Positions 38,919 to 47,027 of a stretch of 64,000 nucleotides of DNA are shown here, piece after piece. Source of the DNA: a virus (Duplodnaviria; Caudoviricetes); IMG/VR virus record IMGVR_UViG_3300020112_002303, positions 38,258 through 102,257 of that record. One strand, written 5' to 3'. How positions within the stretch are numbered: the first letter of the stretch is position 1; each line of letters starts with the position of its first letter. The notes beneath the pieces were generated by a model, which saw only the letters and a program-made list of their open reading frames with translations, was not told where the DNA came from and did no database searches. The translations under genes were made by a program, and so were the position numbers.

Positions 38919-39434
38919 ATGTCAAACTATCAATTACTAATTTGCTTGTTAAAAGTAACTGCTTGCAACTTGCGTACACTTCACAGAAACCTCGTTGGCG
39001 GAAATTGGTTCGGCGATCACGAAAACCTTGGCGATTACTACGAGAAGATTGACGATATCGAAGACGATGTTGTTGAAATCGGAATGTCTATCGGTGAAGC
39101 AGAGCCCACTATTGCAGAAGCTTGTTCTCAGGTAGAAGTTGTTACTTCTGAAAAAAGAGATTCCGTAACGAGTTATGCTATGGCGAGAGATTGGTTCAAT
39201 CAAGTCGCTGATACTCTTGCGGCCGTAGCTGCAGAACTTAATCTTGGCTATATTACAAGTAAGTTCGAAGAGTATGAGTACGATTTGAGAAAAGAAGCTA
39301 ACTTTAAACTTTCTGCTACGATTGGCGCAGAAGAACCTACACAAACACAACAGGCACCGGCACAAGCGCAAGGACAAGGTCCTCGTCCTGCTCTTGCAAA
39401 GGTTCTTGAAAATGTTAATAAATTAAAAGGTTAA
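38919..39434 (+). CDS. Dps/ferritin-like protein
   Basis: LHRNLVGGNWFGDHENLGDYYE..DDIEDDVVEIG matches the Dps ferroxidase signature H..v.G..F...H....e.Y......D..aE. Confidence 0.75.
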   Translation: MSNYQLLICLLKVTACNLRTLHRNLVGGNWFGDHENLGDYYEKIDDIEDDVVEIGMSIGEAEPTIAEACSQVEVVTSEKRDSVTSYAMARDWFNQVADTLAAVAAELNLGYITSKFEEYEYDLRKEANFKLSATIGAEEPTQTQQAPAQAQGQGPRPALAKVLENVNKLKG

Positions 39435-39445
39435 TATCATAATGT

Positions 39446-39557
39446 AAAAATGCAATACTTTTTGTATTGCATTTTTTTTTTTTGGTAAAATATAATTGTC
39501 AAATAAAAATAAAGGGGGGACATTTATATGTCTCAATTACTTATGGAAAAAGTGGCT
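39446..39557 (+). repeat. Cassette copy 3: palindrome with inverted loop + T12 + GGTAAAATATAAT + RBS + tag
   Basis: AAAAATGCAATAC-TTTTT-GTATTGCATTTTT; the rest as copy 2. Confidence 0.85.
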
Positions 39558-40161
39558 AAAAACAGATTAATGAGAGAATTAGATAGCGGAAACGAAAAAG
39601 TTATAAAAGAATTTGCAAAAAGGACAGGTAAACTCTTTGTGCCGAAAGATCCATCCAACAAAATAAATGAGATTCAAAAAAAGCAGGACTATTATTAAAC
39701 CAAGCGCAACATTTCTTAATAATAGTAACATCTTGCCAGCGGATGCTTTTAATGCTGGCGCTGCTGCTCAAAGAAATACATCAAAAGGTGTTGCTCAGGA
39801 AGCTGTGCTTAAATATTCAAGAAAAAGAGATAAGGCTGATATAATTGATGCGGCAAATCGTGTTAATTATTCTTCGAGAATTTACGGAGTGAAACACGAT
39901 GAATTATTCCATCGCAATAAACCACTAAGTAGCCTTAATAATGAACAAATAGAACAAAGAAAGTATTACGCTAAAGAGATGAAAAAACTTCGCGATTCAT
40001 CAAAAAATACTTTCCCTGTAGCTAACTGGATTAAAAGCAATCCCGGCAAATCAACTGCTATCGGTGCAGGTGTAGCTGGCGCTACTGTAGGTGGTATTGC
40101 TTTAGCAAAACACATCAAAAAGAAAAAGCAAGAAAAAGAAAATGATAAAAGCAATATTTAG
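39528..40161 (+). pseudogene. MSQLLMEKVA-tagged gene split by a frameshift at an A7 tract (39528..39698 + 39667..40161)
   Basis: The 56-aa tagged ORF (not in the track) fuses with the 164-aa ORF if A7 (39676-39682) were A6 or A9. The C-terminus has AIGAGVAGATVGGIALA-KHIKKKK, like 35835. Confidence 0.6.
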
Positions 40162-40297
40162 CAACCATTTTTGGTTGCTATTTTTTGTTATAAAAAATTC
40201 CAAATTTTTTCTCATTAAAACATTGATTTTAATGAACGAATATTTTATAATGATTATAGTCCGATAGGATTCATAAAAATAAATAAGTAAGTAGAGG

Positions 40298-40660
40298 ATG
40301 TCTTCGATGACCTGGGAAATAGTTATAACATTAGTATCTTTAACTGCAGCTATATGCGGAATAGTTTTTGGTTTTTTATCAAGTAAGCGTCAACAAAAAA
40401 AGGATATAGAAAAAGACGCTGCAACAAGCATGCAGATGATGACGGAATTATCACATATAAGGAAAACTACCGATGGCATACAAGAAGACATTAAAGAATT
40501 AAAAATCAAGCAAGAGGCATCTTCTAAGGAAACTGCTATAAATACAGAAAAAATAGGTATGACTAACGAGAAACTGAAAGAACATGACTCTCGTATTAGG
40601 GATCTCGAAAAGGCTTGTTGGATTGCTGAATACAAAGAAAAAACAAGAAAGAAAAAATAA
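40298..40660 (+). CDS. N-terminal TM + coiled-coil protein (XhlA/holin-associated type)
   Basis: Hydrophobic WEIVITLVSLTAAICGIVFGFL then heptads ending HDSRIRDLE; upstream TTGATT-17-TATAAT promoter. Confidence 0.55.
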   Translation: MSSMTWEIVITLVSLTAAICGIVFGFLSSKRQQKKDIEKDAATSMQMMTELSHIRKTTDGIQEDIKELKIKQEASSKETAINTEKIGMTNEKLKEHDSRIRDLEKACWIAEYKEKTRKKK

Positions 40661-40697
40661 CTATAAATACAGGAGAAACACCTATTTTATAATACTA

Positions 40698-40725
40698 AAA
40701 AATACACCCTCTCGGGTGTATTTTT
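40698..40725. terminator. Bidirectional terminator where the two transcription arms converge
   Basis: AAAAATACACCC-TCTC-GGGTGTATTTTT. Confidence 0.85.
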
Positions 40726-41479
40726 TATTTTGCCAATGGCCATTCTTTTCTGTTAAATTTTGAGGCATCGTTTGAAATATAATTACTTAATGTTTTATCA
40801 AGAACGCCACGTTCTCCGTACTTATGATTTGAAATAAAAAAGCCCGAATCGCCAAAATAATTTCTTGACGAAATAAAATGATTCTTAACATTTTTAGGAG
40901 CAGAAGCAACATTTGCTGATTCTCTAAAAATAACTCTCGGAGATGCATGACCTGTACCAGTTACTGTCGCCGGATAATTGATTCCGTCAATATTTATTTG
41001 TCTGTTGCTTTTCTTTTTTGAAAGCATTTCCCTTATTTCGTCAGCCTCGTGTCTTCGTAATATTCCATCTTGATATTTTTTTCGAATGGAGTCATTTTTT
41101 TATAAATATTTCTTGCATTTTTTAATTCTGAAATATCAATATCCTTATTATTTTTAAACATTCTTATGGCTTTTTTTGCTGTTCTATCATCTTTTCTCGG
41201 AGTTCCAAAAGAAACATATTTTCCTTCTGAAGAAGTGTATCCAGCAGCGCTTTTAACTGCCGGCTTATTCCCTGTCCATTTTATCATTTGTCTCGGAGAA
41301 ATTTGTTTGACATTGTTCTTTTCAAGAATATTTTTAGTGCCTTTGTTAAGGCCTTTTAAATCTTTTTTATAATCAAGAATTTTAGAATCAATTAGGCGTT
41401 GTTTTGATTGCTCGGACAAACTGCCTATATTTTTTCTCCACGCTCTTGACGCCTGTTTTTCCATTAACAATTTTGACAT
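40725..41479 (-). pseudogene. MSKLLMEKQA-tagged HExxE paralogue split by a frameshift at an A7 tract (41033..41479 + 40725..41027)
   Basis: Adding one A at 41076-41082 gives FEKKYQDGILRRHEADEIREM...GHASPRVIFRESANVA, collinear with 37358..38200. Confidence 0.7.
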
Positions 41480-43056
41480 TAAAGTTTTCCTCCTTTGAAG
41501 AAACTTTTTATTTTTTGCTTTCTTTCTTGCTTCTTTCTTGCACTTCGAAGCAAGTCGAACATCATATTATTTTGCTTTGCCTTTTGGTTTGCAACGCTAT
41601 AGATGAATTGGTCGGGCGTCTTGAATTTCGGTTTAAATACACCCATTCTTTTTGGCATAACGCTAACATATCTGTTCACTTGAACATTTCTGTTCTTTCT
41701 GTCTTTCAATCCGCCGGCACGAATACCTCTCGCTTCCATTTGATTCATACGCTCTGGATTATAGTGAGGCTCTACAACGGCCTCCATAGTAGTATTGTTA
41801 AGAGATATTCCTTCACCGCCTGCGCCGGAAATCAAAATTACCCTTTTCTTTCCTGCATTGTAATCTCTTACACCTTGTTGTCTTTCTTTTTCAGAACTAC
41901 CGGGATTACTTTTTCCTAAGAACTTAGAATAAGGAATATGATTTGCTTTAAGTCCGGCTTCAATAACATCCGTTCCACCATTTATTAACTGTCCAAGAAC
42001 GACAACCTGATTTCTGTTATCTTGCTTTAAATGGGTTTTTATATCAGAAACAACTTTATTGGCTTTTGGAGTTATCATTGCGGATCTTGTTAAATCAATT
42101 CCCGGGACAACGGCGCCGACACTATTAGAGAGTTTTCTTGCAGGAATAGTTGAACGATAAATCTTTTTAATTTGCGCATCACTTAAAGGACCAAAAGTTC
42201 TCTTTTTCATTATTTTTTCTACATCATAATTATTTTGAAGATAACCTTTGTATATCTTCTGTTGCGTTTTTGACATAGGAATTTTTATTTCTTTGACTTT
42301 TTTGCCGGGCATATCAGCAATGCGCTTTAAGTCGTTATAATCAGCATAATCTATAGTTTTGCTAAACTCTTTAACGAGCTTGTTTCTTTTATTGAATCCG
42401 GTTACGACCTTTTTACCTGACTTAGAAATAGATTTCTTTAAATATTTATTGCTAAAATCAGTTTGTGATTTTCCTAATTTATGTTTACCTCCGGTCGTAA
42501 TATCAACAAGAGGATACAAATCACTTACTTTATTAGAAACAATGGAGCCGGTTAAACCTATATGGTTTTTATACATGGGTCTTGTTTCTCTGAGAGCTTT
42601 TGTGATATTTGCGGACGGATTTTTTGCCCTATGAAATTCATCGCAAATTACCGTATCCGCACCAACTTCTTTTAAAATCTTTGACGGATTTCTTTTAAAC
42701 ATCTCGTAAGAAACTATATTATAGTCTTTGCTTGGATTTGGCGCATTATAAGTATGGCTTGATATTTCTTGCTTGTTTCCGATTATATTATAAGAGGAAT
42801 TTGTAAATTTCTTTACGCCATCAACACCAAAATTATCTCTAAGACCTGCAGGTGTGATAACAAGAGCCTTATTTGCTTTGCCCTGCTCTTTCAATTTTTC
42901 AAATTTAGCAATACCGGTCAAAGTTTTACCGCTACCAACACCGTGAGCAATAATTTGGGATGTGCTACTATTATTTACAACTCTCGCCTGATGAGGTCGA
43001 AGTTTTATGTCCGGATTTAGTTTTGCTATTTTTTCGAGGATTTTCCTTGTGTTCAT
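41479..43056 (-). CDS. SNF2-family helicase/ATPase with ILEKIA leader
   Basis: LRPHQ, HGVGSGKT, DEFH, LTGS, GEGISL, QMEARGIR. Confidence 0.85.
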   Translation of the reverse strand: MNTRKILEKIAKLNPDIKLRPHQARVVNNSSTSQIIAHGVGSGKTLTGIAKFEKLKEQGKANKALVITPAGLRDNFGVDGVKKFTNSSYNIIGNKQEISSHTYNAPNPSKDYNIVSYEMFKRNPSKILKEVGADTVICDEFHRAKNPSANITKALRETRPMYKNHIGLTGSIVSNKVSDLYPLVDITTGGKHKLGKSQTDFSNKYLKKSISKSGKKVVTGFNKRNKLVKEFSKTIDYADYNDLKRIADMPGKKVKEIKIPMSKTQQKIYKGYLQNNYDVEKIMKKRTFGPLSDAQIKKIYRSTIPARKLSNSVGAVVPGIDLTRSAMITPKANKVVSDIKTHLKQDNRNQVVVLGQLINGGTDVIEAGLKANHIPYSKFLGKSNPGSSEKERQQGVRDYNAGKKRVILISGAGGEGISLNNTTMEAVVEPHYNPERMNQMEARGIRAGGLKDRKNRNVQVNRYVSVMPKRMGVFKPKFKTPDQFIYSVANQKAKQNNMMFDLLRSARKKQERKQKIKSFFKGGKL

Positions 43057-43570
43057 CTTTTATTTCAACCTTTCTTCCTTTGAGAGTAATTATTTTTTTA
43101 GTAATTTTAGCATGACATAATGGACATAGAATCATTAAATTTTCTACTGAATTATTATTTCTGTTTCCATCAACATGATGAACTTCTAATATTTGAATGA
43201 CTTCGTTATATCCACATATTTCGCATTTATGCGGATAATAATAAAAGGCCACTGTTCTATAGGTAGACCTTCCGTCTTTATAAAAAGGGCTCTTTTCGCC
43301 ACAAAGAGATTTATTAAAATACGATGCTCTACAAGATTTGGAGCAGAAAAATAGTTTTGATGCAGATTTTTTTCTTCTGCTATTTGTAACTTTTATTCCC
43401 TTTCCGCAATTTGCGCACTTTTCGTTAGGTTTATTAAGTTTTTTGTGGTATTCGATTTTACAGTCGTTATTACAATAGAAGTTTATATTATGTTTTCGTT
43501 TTCGGTTATATACGTTTAGCGCAACATCAAAAGGGTTGTTACAGTTAGCACAGTTAACAGTAACGCCCAT
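42971..43570 (-). CDS. HNH endonuclease with N-terminal Cys-rich zinc repeats
   Basis: CANC..YCNNDC and CANC..FCSKSC, then CEICG...EVHHVDGNRNNNSVENLMILCPLCH. Confidence 0.85.
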   Translation of the reverse strand: MGVTVNCANCNNPFDVALNVYNRKRKHNINFYCNNDCKIEYHKKLNKPNEKCANCGKGIKVTNSRRKKSASKLFFCSKSCRASYFNKSLCGEKSPFYKDGRSTYRTVAFYYYPHKCEICGYNEVIQILEVHHVDGNRNNNSVENLMILCPLCHAKITKKIITLKGRKVEIKDEHKENPRKNSKTKSGHKTSTSSGESCK

Positions 43571-43627
43571 GAGTGGTTATCGCCTCCCAGCTAATATATC
43601 ACTATCATAAAGTATACTCTATTTTTA

Positions 43628-43870
43628 TCACTTTTTCAACAAGAACGCCTGTTTATTATTACTGATTGTTTTTGTTAATGTCAGTTTGCCGTTTTCATTG
43701 ATATTATATACTTTAGTAGTATTCTTATCTATTGAGAATTCAACACTGCAATTTGCACAGTAAAACCTTTTAACTTTATTCGCTTTTAATGCTCCGGTAA
43801 AACATTTTTCTTTGCATACCGGACAGACTGCCGTCGGAATGATTCTGTTGTCCTTGTTTTTGTTCTCCAA
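43628..43870 (-). CDS. Small zinc-ribbon protein
   Basis: CPVC...YCANC. Confidence 0.6.
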   Translation of the reverse strand: MENKNKDNRIIPTAVCPVCKEKCFTGALKANKVKRFYCANCSVEFSIDKNTTKVYNINENGKLTLTKTISNNKQAFLLKK

Positions 43871-43880
43871 ATATAATTCC

Positions 43881-44324
43881 TCACTTTAATCGAGCGTAAA
43901 ACACATTTTCTTCGTTGCTCTTTTTAATAAAAATTTTATTGTTATTAAAACGATAAAAACCATCAGTTTTCATGTTCATTATAAAGTTTGGTGTTATATC
44001 TTCTGGTGTAGGAATATAATCGTTATATTTTTTGTTAATAATTTTCGATACCTTAAGAAGGATATCTAATCTTGCTAATATCTCTTCATTAAGACCGCAA
44101 TCAATAAACCTTGATAAGTCCGGCTCATATTCATCAAACTTATCTAAAGATATTGTCATGCCTTGACCTTTTAATTTAGATAAAGCAGAACACATTAGGT
44201 ATGTTATTCTGTCTGCATACAAATCATTATTCATTTTTCCTAATGGATCTCCTTCGTCATTAAAAAACGAAGCTTCCGCTTCTTCAGGGGGATTACCCCC
44301 CATTATTTTTTCTTGTTCGTTCAT
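43881..44324 (-). CDS. Hypothetical protein
   Basis: Start moved to ATG 44324 (RBS AAAGGAG). Confidence 0.55.
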   Translation of the reverse strand: MNEQEKIMGGNPPEEAEASFFNDEGDPLGKMNNDLYADRITYLMCSALSKLKGQGMTISLDKFDEYEPDLSRFIDCGLNEEILARLDILLKVSKIINKKYNDYIPTPEDITPNFIMNMKTDGFYRFNNNKIFIKKSNEENVFYARLK

Positions 44325-44337
44325 AAAGAATTCTCCT

Positions 44338-46236
44338 TTACTTAAATATATTAAGAAGATTTTCGTTAGCAGCATTTACAAGGTCTGCAAGATTTTCTTC
44401 GCGTTCATTTAATGTGACATCTTTCTCCGGTCGATATTTTCTGAAAGCACTCTTGTCTCCTCCGACAATATGAATTCTGCTTTCGCCAAATTCTTCCTTT
44501 GCTATATTATAACGGTTTTTGGACTGTTTTGTAAAGAACTTTATATGTGAGTCGATGACGTCGTAAACTTTCGTGACTTTCCCGGACTCTTTTTTCATAA
44601 AATCAGGAAGATAACCTATGGCTTTTTCGTAATCGCAAGTTCTCGCTCCGCGACCTATTCTCTGAATAAGCGTAATCTCCGAATTGCCAGCACCCGCAAG
44701 CACAACACCGGATATTAACGGTATGTTTACGCCTGCATCGAAGATAGTGCTTCCGATAAGAACTTTAAATTCTCCTTTTCGGAATTCGCTAATTGCCATT
44801 TTTCTTGCTTGTTCTGCTGTTTCACCCCAAACGAATCTTATATCGTCGGGGTCTAAGCCTTGTTTAATAAATAAGTCTTTCAGAATAAGCCCGTGATCAA
44901 TTCTCTGAATTAAAACAAGAACGAATCGACCTTCCTTAAGCATTTCAAATGTCGGCTCGATAACACATTTCATATTTCTTTCTTCGTTTTGCATAATCGC
45001 CGTCTCATAAAGATTATTATATTCAAGGTCTTTATCGTCTTCGTTATGCATCTTATGATCAAAACAAACATAGTTTATATCGAGTTCGCAAAGTCTGCCT
45101 TTTTCTATTTGGCTTTCTGCGGTAGTCGTAAAAGCAAGAGGTCCCGAATAAGCATAAATCTTTATTGTGGCGCCGTCCGTTCTTTTCGGAGTTGCAGAAA
45201 GAAAAACTCTGTATGGCGCATAGATTTCCGACAGAACTTCGTCCCACGTCGTAGAGCCAACTGCTTGTGTTTCATCAACCATAACAAATTTACAAGTATT
45301 ATGAAGCCAATCCAATAATACGTCTCTTGTCATCGGGTCTTTAAGTCTTGCGGCGAGGGATTGTATCGTTGCGACAACTATCGGCTGAGTAATCGGTTTA
45401 ATTTGCCCAAGACTGTTTTTCTTGTTCAAATTATTACTGCAAAATATTCCGTCTTTTATTTGACCGATATCGTCACTCGTTATACCTGTTATACCCTTTA
45501 CGAAATCTTCCGCAGCATCGTCTAAGAGCTGTTTTTTGTTTGCGACAAATAAAGTAGGTACCCCTCGGTTTGCGATGAGATACCGCGCAAGTACAGCCGT
45601 TTTGCCGTAGCCCGTAGGAGCCTTGCATACGCATCTTTTTGCTTTAAGACATTTTTCTATTGCTTCTTCTTGGTCTTCAGCGATAGTAAATAAATTTGTT
45701 GGCTCCCAATCAAACTGTCTTGGAGGATCAGTATCATAATCATCAACAACTTTTACTTCATATCCGCAATCATTCAAAATCTCTATTACCATATCCGTAA
45801 GACCGGTAAGATAGGTCTTGCCTCTTCCGTCATACAATGATATGGTTCCGTCCCATCGTCCCGTTTTATACGACTGAGTGTTTACCGCCGCCTTAACAAA
45901 ATAGCTTAATTTTGCTTTAATTTTGCTTTCTATGTTAGGTGGAAGCTTCGTTTCAATCTTACTTTTTATACATCCGCATCTTATAGAAATGGGAGTTCTT
46001 GTCATTTTCCATTTTTTATAAGATTCGTCCGGCTTTATTTCTTTTCTGAAATTAAAAAGAACTTCGTTTAATTTTTTAGTAATTGTATCGGGAACGGAGA
46101 TTATATATTGACCGGAAACAGATACTACATTCGGTACAATAGCAGACGACTCCAAGGTATTTACTACCCTGGAGCCGGTTTTAGAATCGCAATGTAATTT
46201 TACCGTTCCCGGAGAATGAGATACTCTAATCATCAT
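44338..46236 (-). CDS. Superfamily 2 helicase (UvsW-like)
   Basis: RWDGTISLY, APTGYGKT, DETQ, LSATP, IFDAGVNIP, QRIGRGAR. Confidence 0.85.
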   Translation of the reverse strand: MMIRVSHSPGTVKLHCDSKTGSRVVNTLESSAIVPNVVSVSGQYIISVPDTITKKLNEVLFNFRKEIKPDESYKKWKMTRTPISIRCGCIKSKIETKLPPNIESKIKAKLSYFVKAAVNTQSYKTGRWDGTISLYDGRGKTYLTGLTDMVIEILNDCGYEVKVVDDYDTDPPRQFDWEPTNLFTIAEDQEEAIEKCLKAKRCVCKAPTGYGKTAVLARYLIANRGVPTLFVANKKQLLDDAAEDFVKGITGITSDDIGQIKDGIFCSNNLNKKNSLGQIKPITQPIVVATIQSLAARLKDPMTRDVLLDWLHNTCKFVMVDETQAVGSTTWDEVLSEIYAPYRVFLSATPKRTDGATIKIYAYSGPLAFTTTAESQIEKGRLCELDINYVCFDHKMHNEDDKDLEYNNLYETAIMQNEERNMKCVIEPTFEMLKEGRFVLVLIQRIDHGLILKDLFIKQGLDPDDIRFVWGETAEQARKMAISEFRKGEFKVLIGSTIFDAGVNIPLISGVVLAGAGNSEITLIQRIGRGARTCDYEKAIGYLPDFMKKESGKVTKVYDVIDSHIKFFTKQSKNRYNIAKEEFGESRIHIVGGDKSAFRKYRPEKDVTLNEREENLADLVNAANENLLNIFK

Positions 46237-46253
46237 TTTCCTCCGAACATTTA

Positions 46254-46454
46254 TTATTTAGTCTTCTTTAAAAATGCTTCGCCGACAGCAATAAAAATAG
46301 CACCAAGTGCTGCAAGTCCTGCTTTTGCGGCTGCATCTTTTACTGTGTCAAGAACTGACTTCATATCAATTCTTGATGAATTTTCGCATGAGTTTTGATC
46401 TGGTTCAAACGAGCACCCTTCATTTACGGTTGATACATATTCTCTGTTGTCCAT
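46254..46454 (-). CDS. Small membrane protein
   Basis: RBS AAAGGAG; C-terminal hydrophobic helix. Confidence 0.55.
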   Translation of the reverse strand: MDNREYVSTVNEGCSFEPDQNSCENSSRIDMKSVLDTVKDAAAKAGLAALGAIFIAVGEAFLKKTK

Positions 46455-46530
46455 TTTTGTTTCTCCTTTTGTTAAAATTGTTGTTTTAATGAGTGTTTTT
46501 AAGAAATGTTGGTGTTCATTTCTTATTTTT

Positions 46531-46558
46531 AATATAACACAAAAACCGTAAATGTCAA
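46531..46558 (-). promoter_or_regulatory. sigmaA-type promoter TTGACA-16-TATATT
   Basis: Ends TTGTGTTATATT, as the promoter at 26717 does; drives 46454 and the helicase operon. Confidence 0.65.
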
Positions 46559-46670
46559 GGATTATTTTGGATTTTTAGGCAAAATTATTACCATGCGGGT
46601 AAACCCGCACAGTAATATGTATTTACCGGCTATACTAACCAATGTCCTGTTTTACTCAATCAATGTCCTG

Positions 46671-47027
46671 TTATGCCGGTGTAGCAAGCGGAACATAACA
46701 TTCCGGACACTCAAATGAATCTTCGTATTCTGTTTCGAATCCTAAAGCCTTTGCGAAATCATATCTTTCTTCCGGTGGAACAGCATTAACAAGATAATAT
46801 CTTGGATCAACGCCTTCTTTTCTGCATATATCAACAATTTTATTTGCCGAACCACAAAAACCCTTTTCATAAATAAACTTTTCTATTTTAGCAAACACCT
46901 TGTCAGAAATTAAATCTGCGAGACTTTGCTTTAATTTTCCCAATGCCTTCTTTATCTTTTGAAGAAAATTCATTCTGCTCCAAATATCTTTTAGCATTCT
47001 TCTTACGAAACCATTTTTCTTTCTCAT
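46671..47027 (-). CDS. Hypothetical protein with C-terminal CPEC
   Basis: Coupled to the upstream ORF (ATGA overlap). Confidence 0.5.
   Translation of the reverse strand: MRKKNGFVRRMLKDIWSRMNFLQKIKKALGKLKQSLADLISDKVFAKIEKFIYEKGFCGSANKIVDICRKEGVDPRYYLVNAVPPEERYDFAKALGFETEYEDSFECPECYVPLATPA

Noticed and set aside
42971-43570. HNH gene as the homing endonuclease of the dnaE intron
   Set aside because: It is about 18 kb away and free-standing; nothing in the sequence links it to the intron site.
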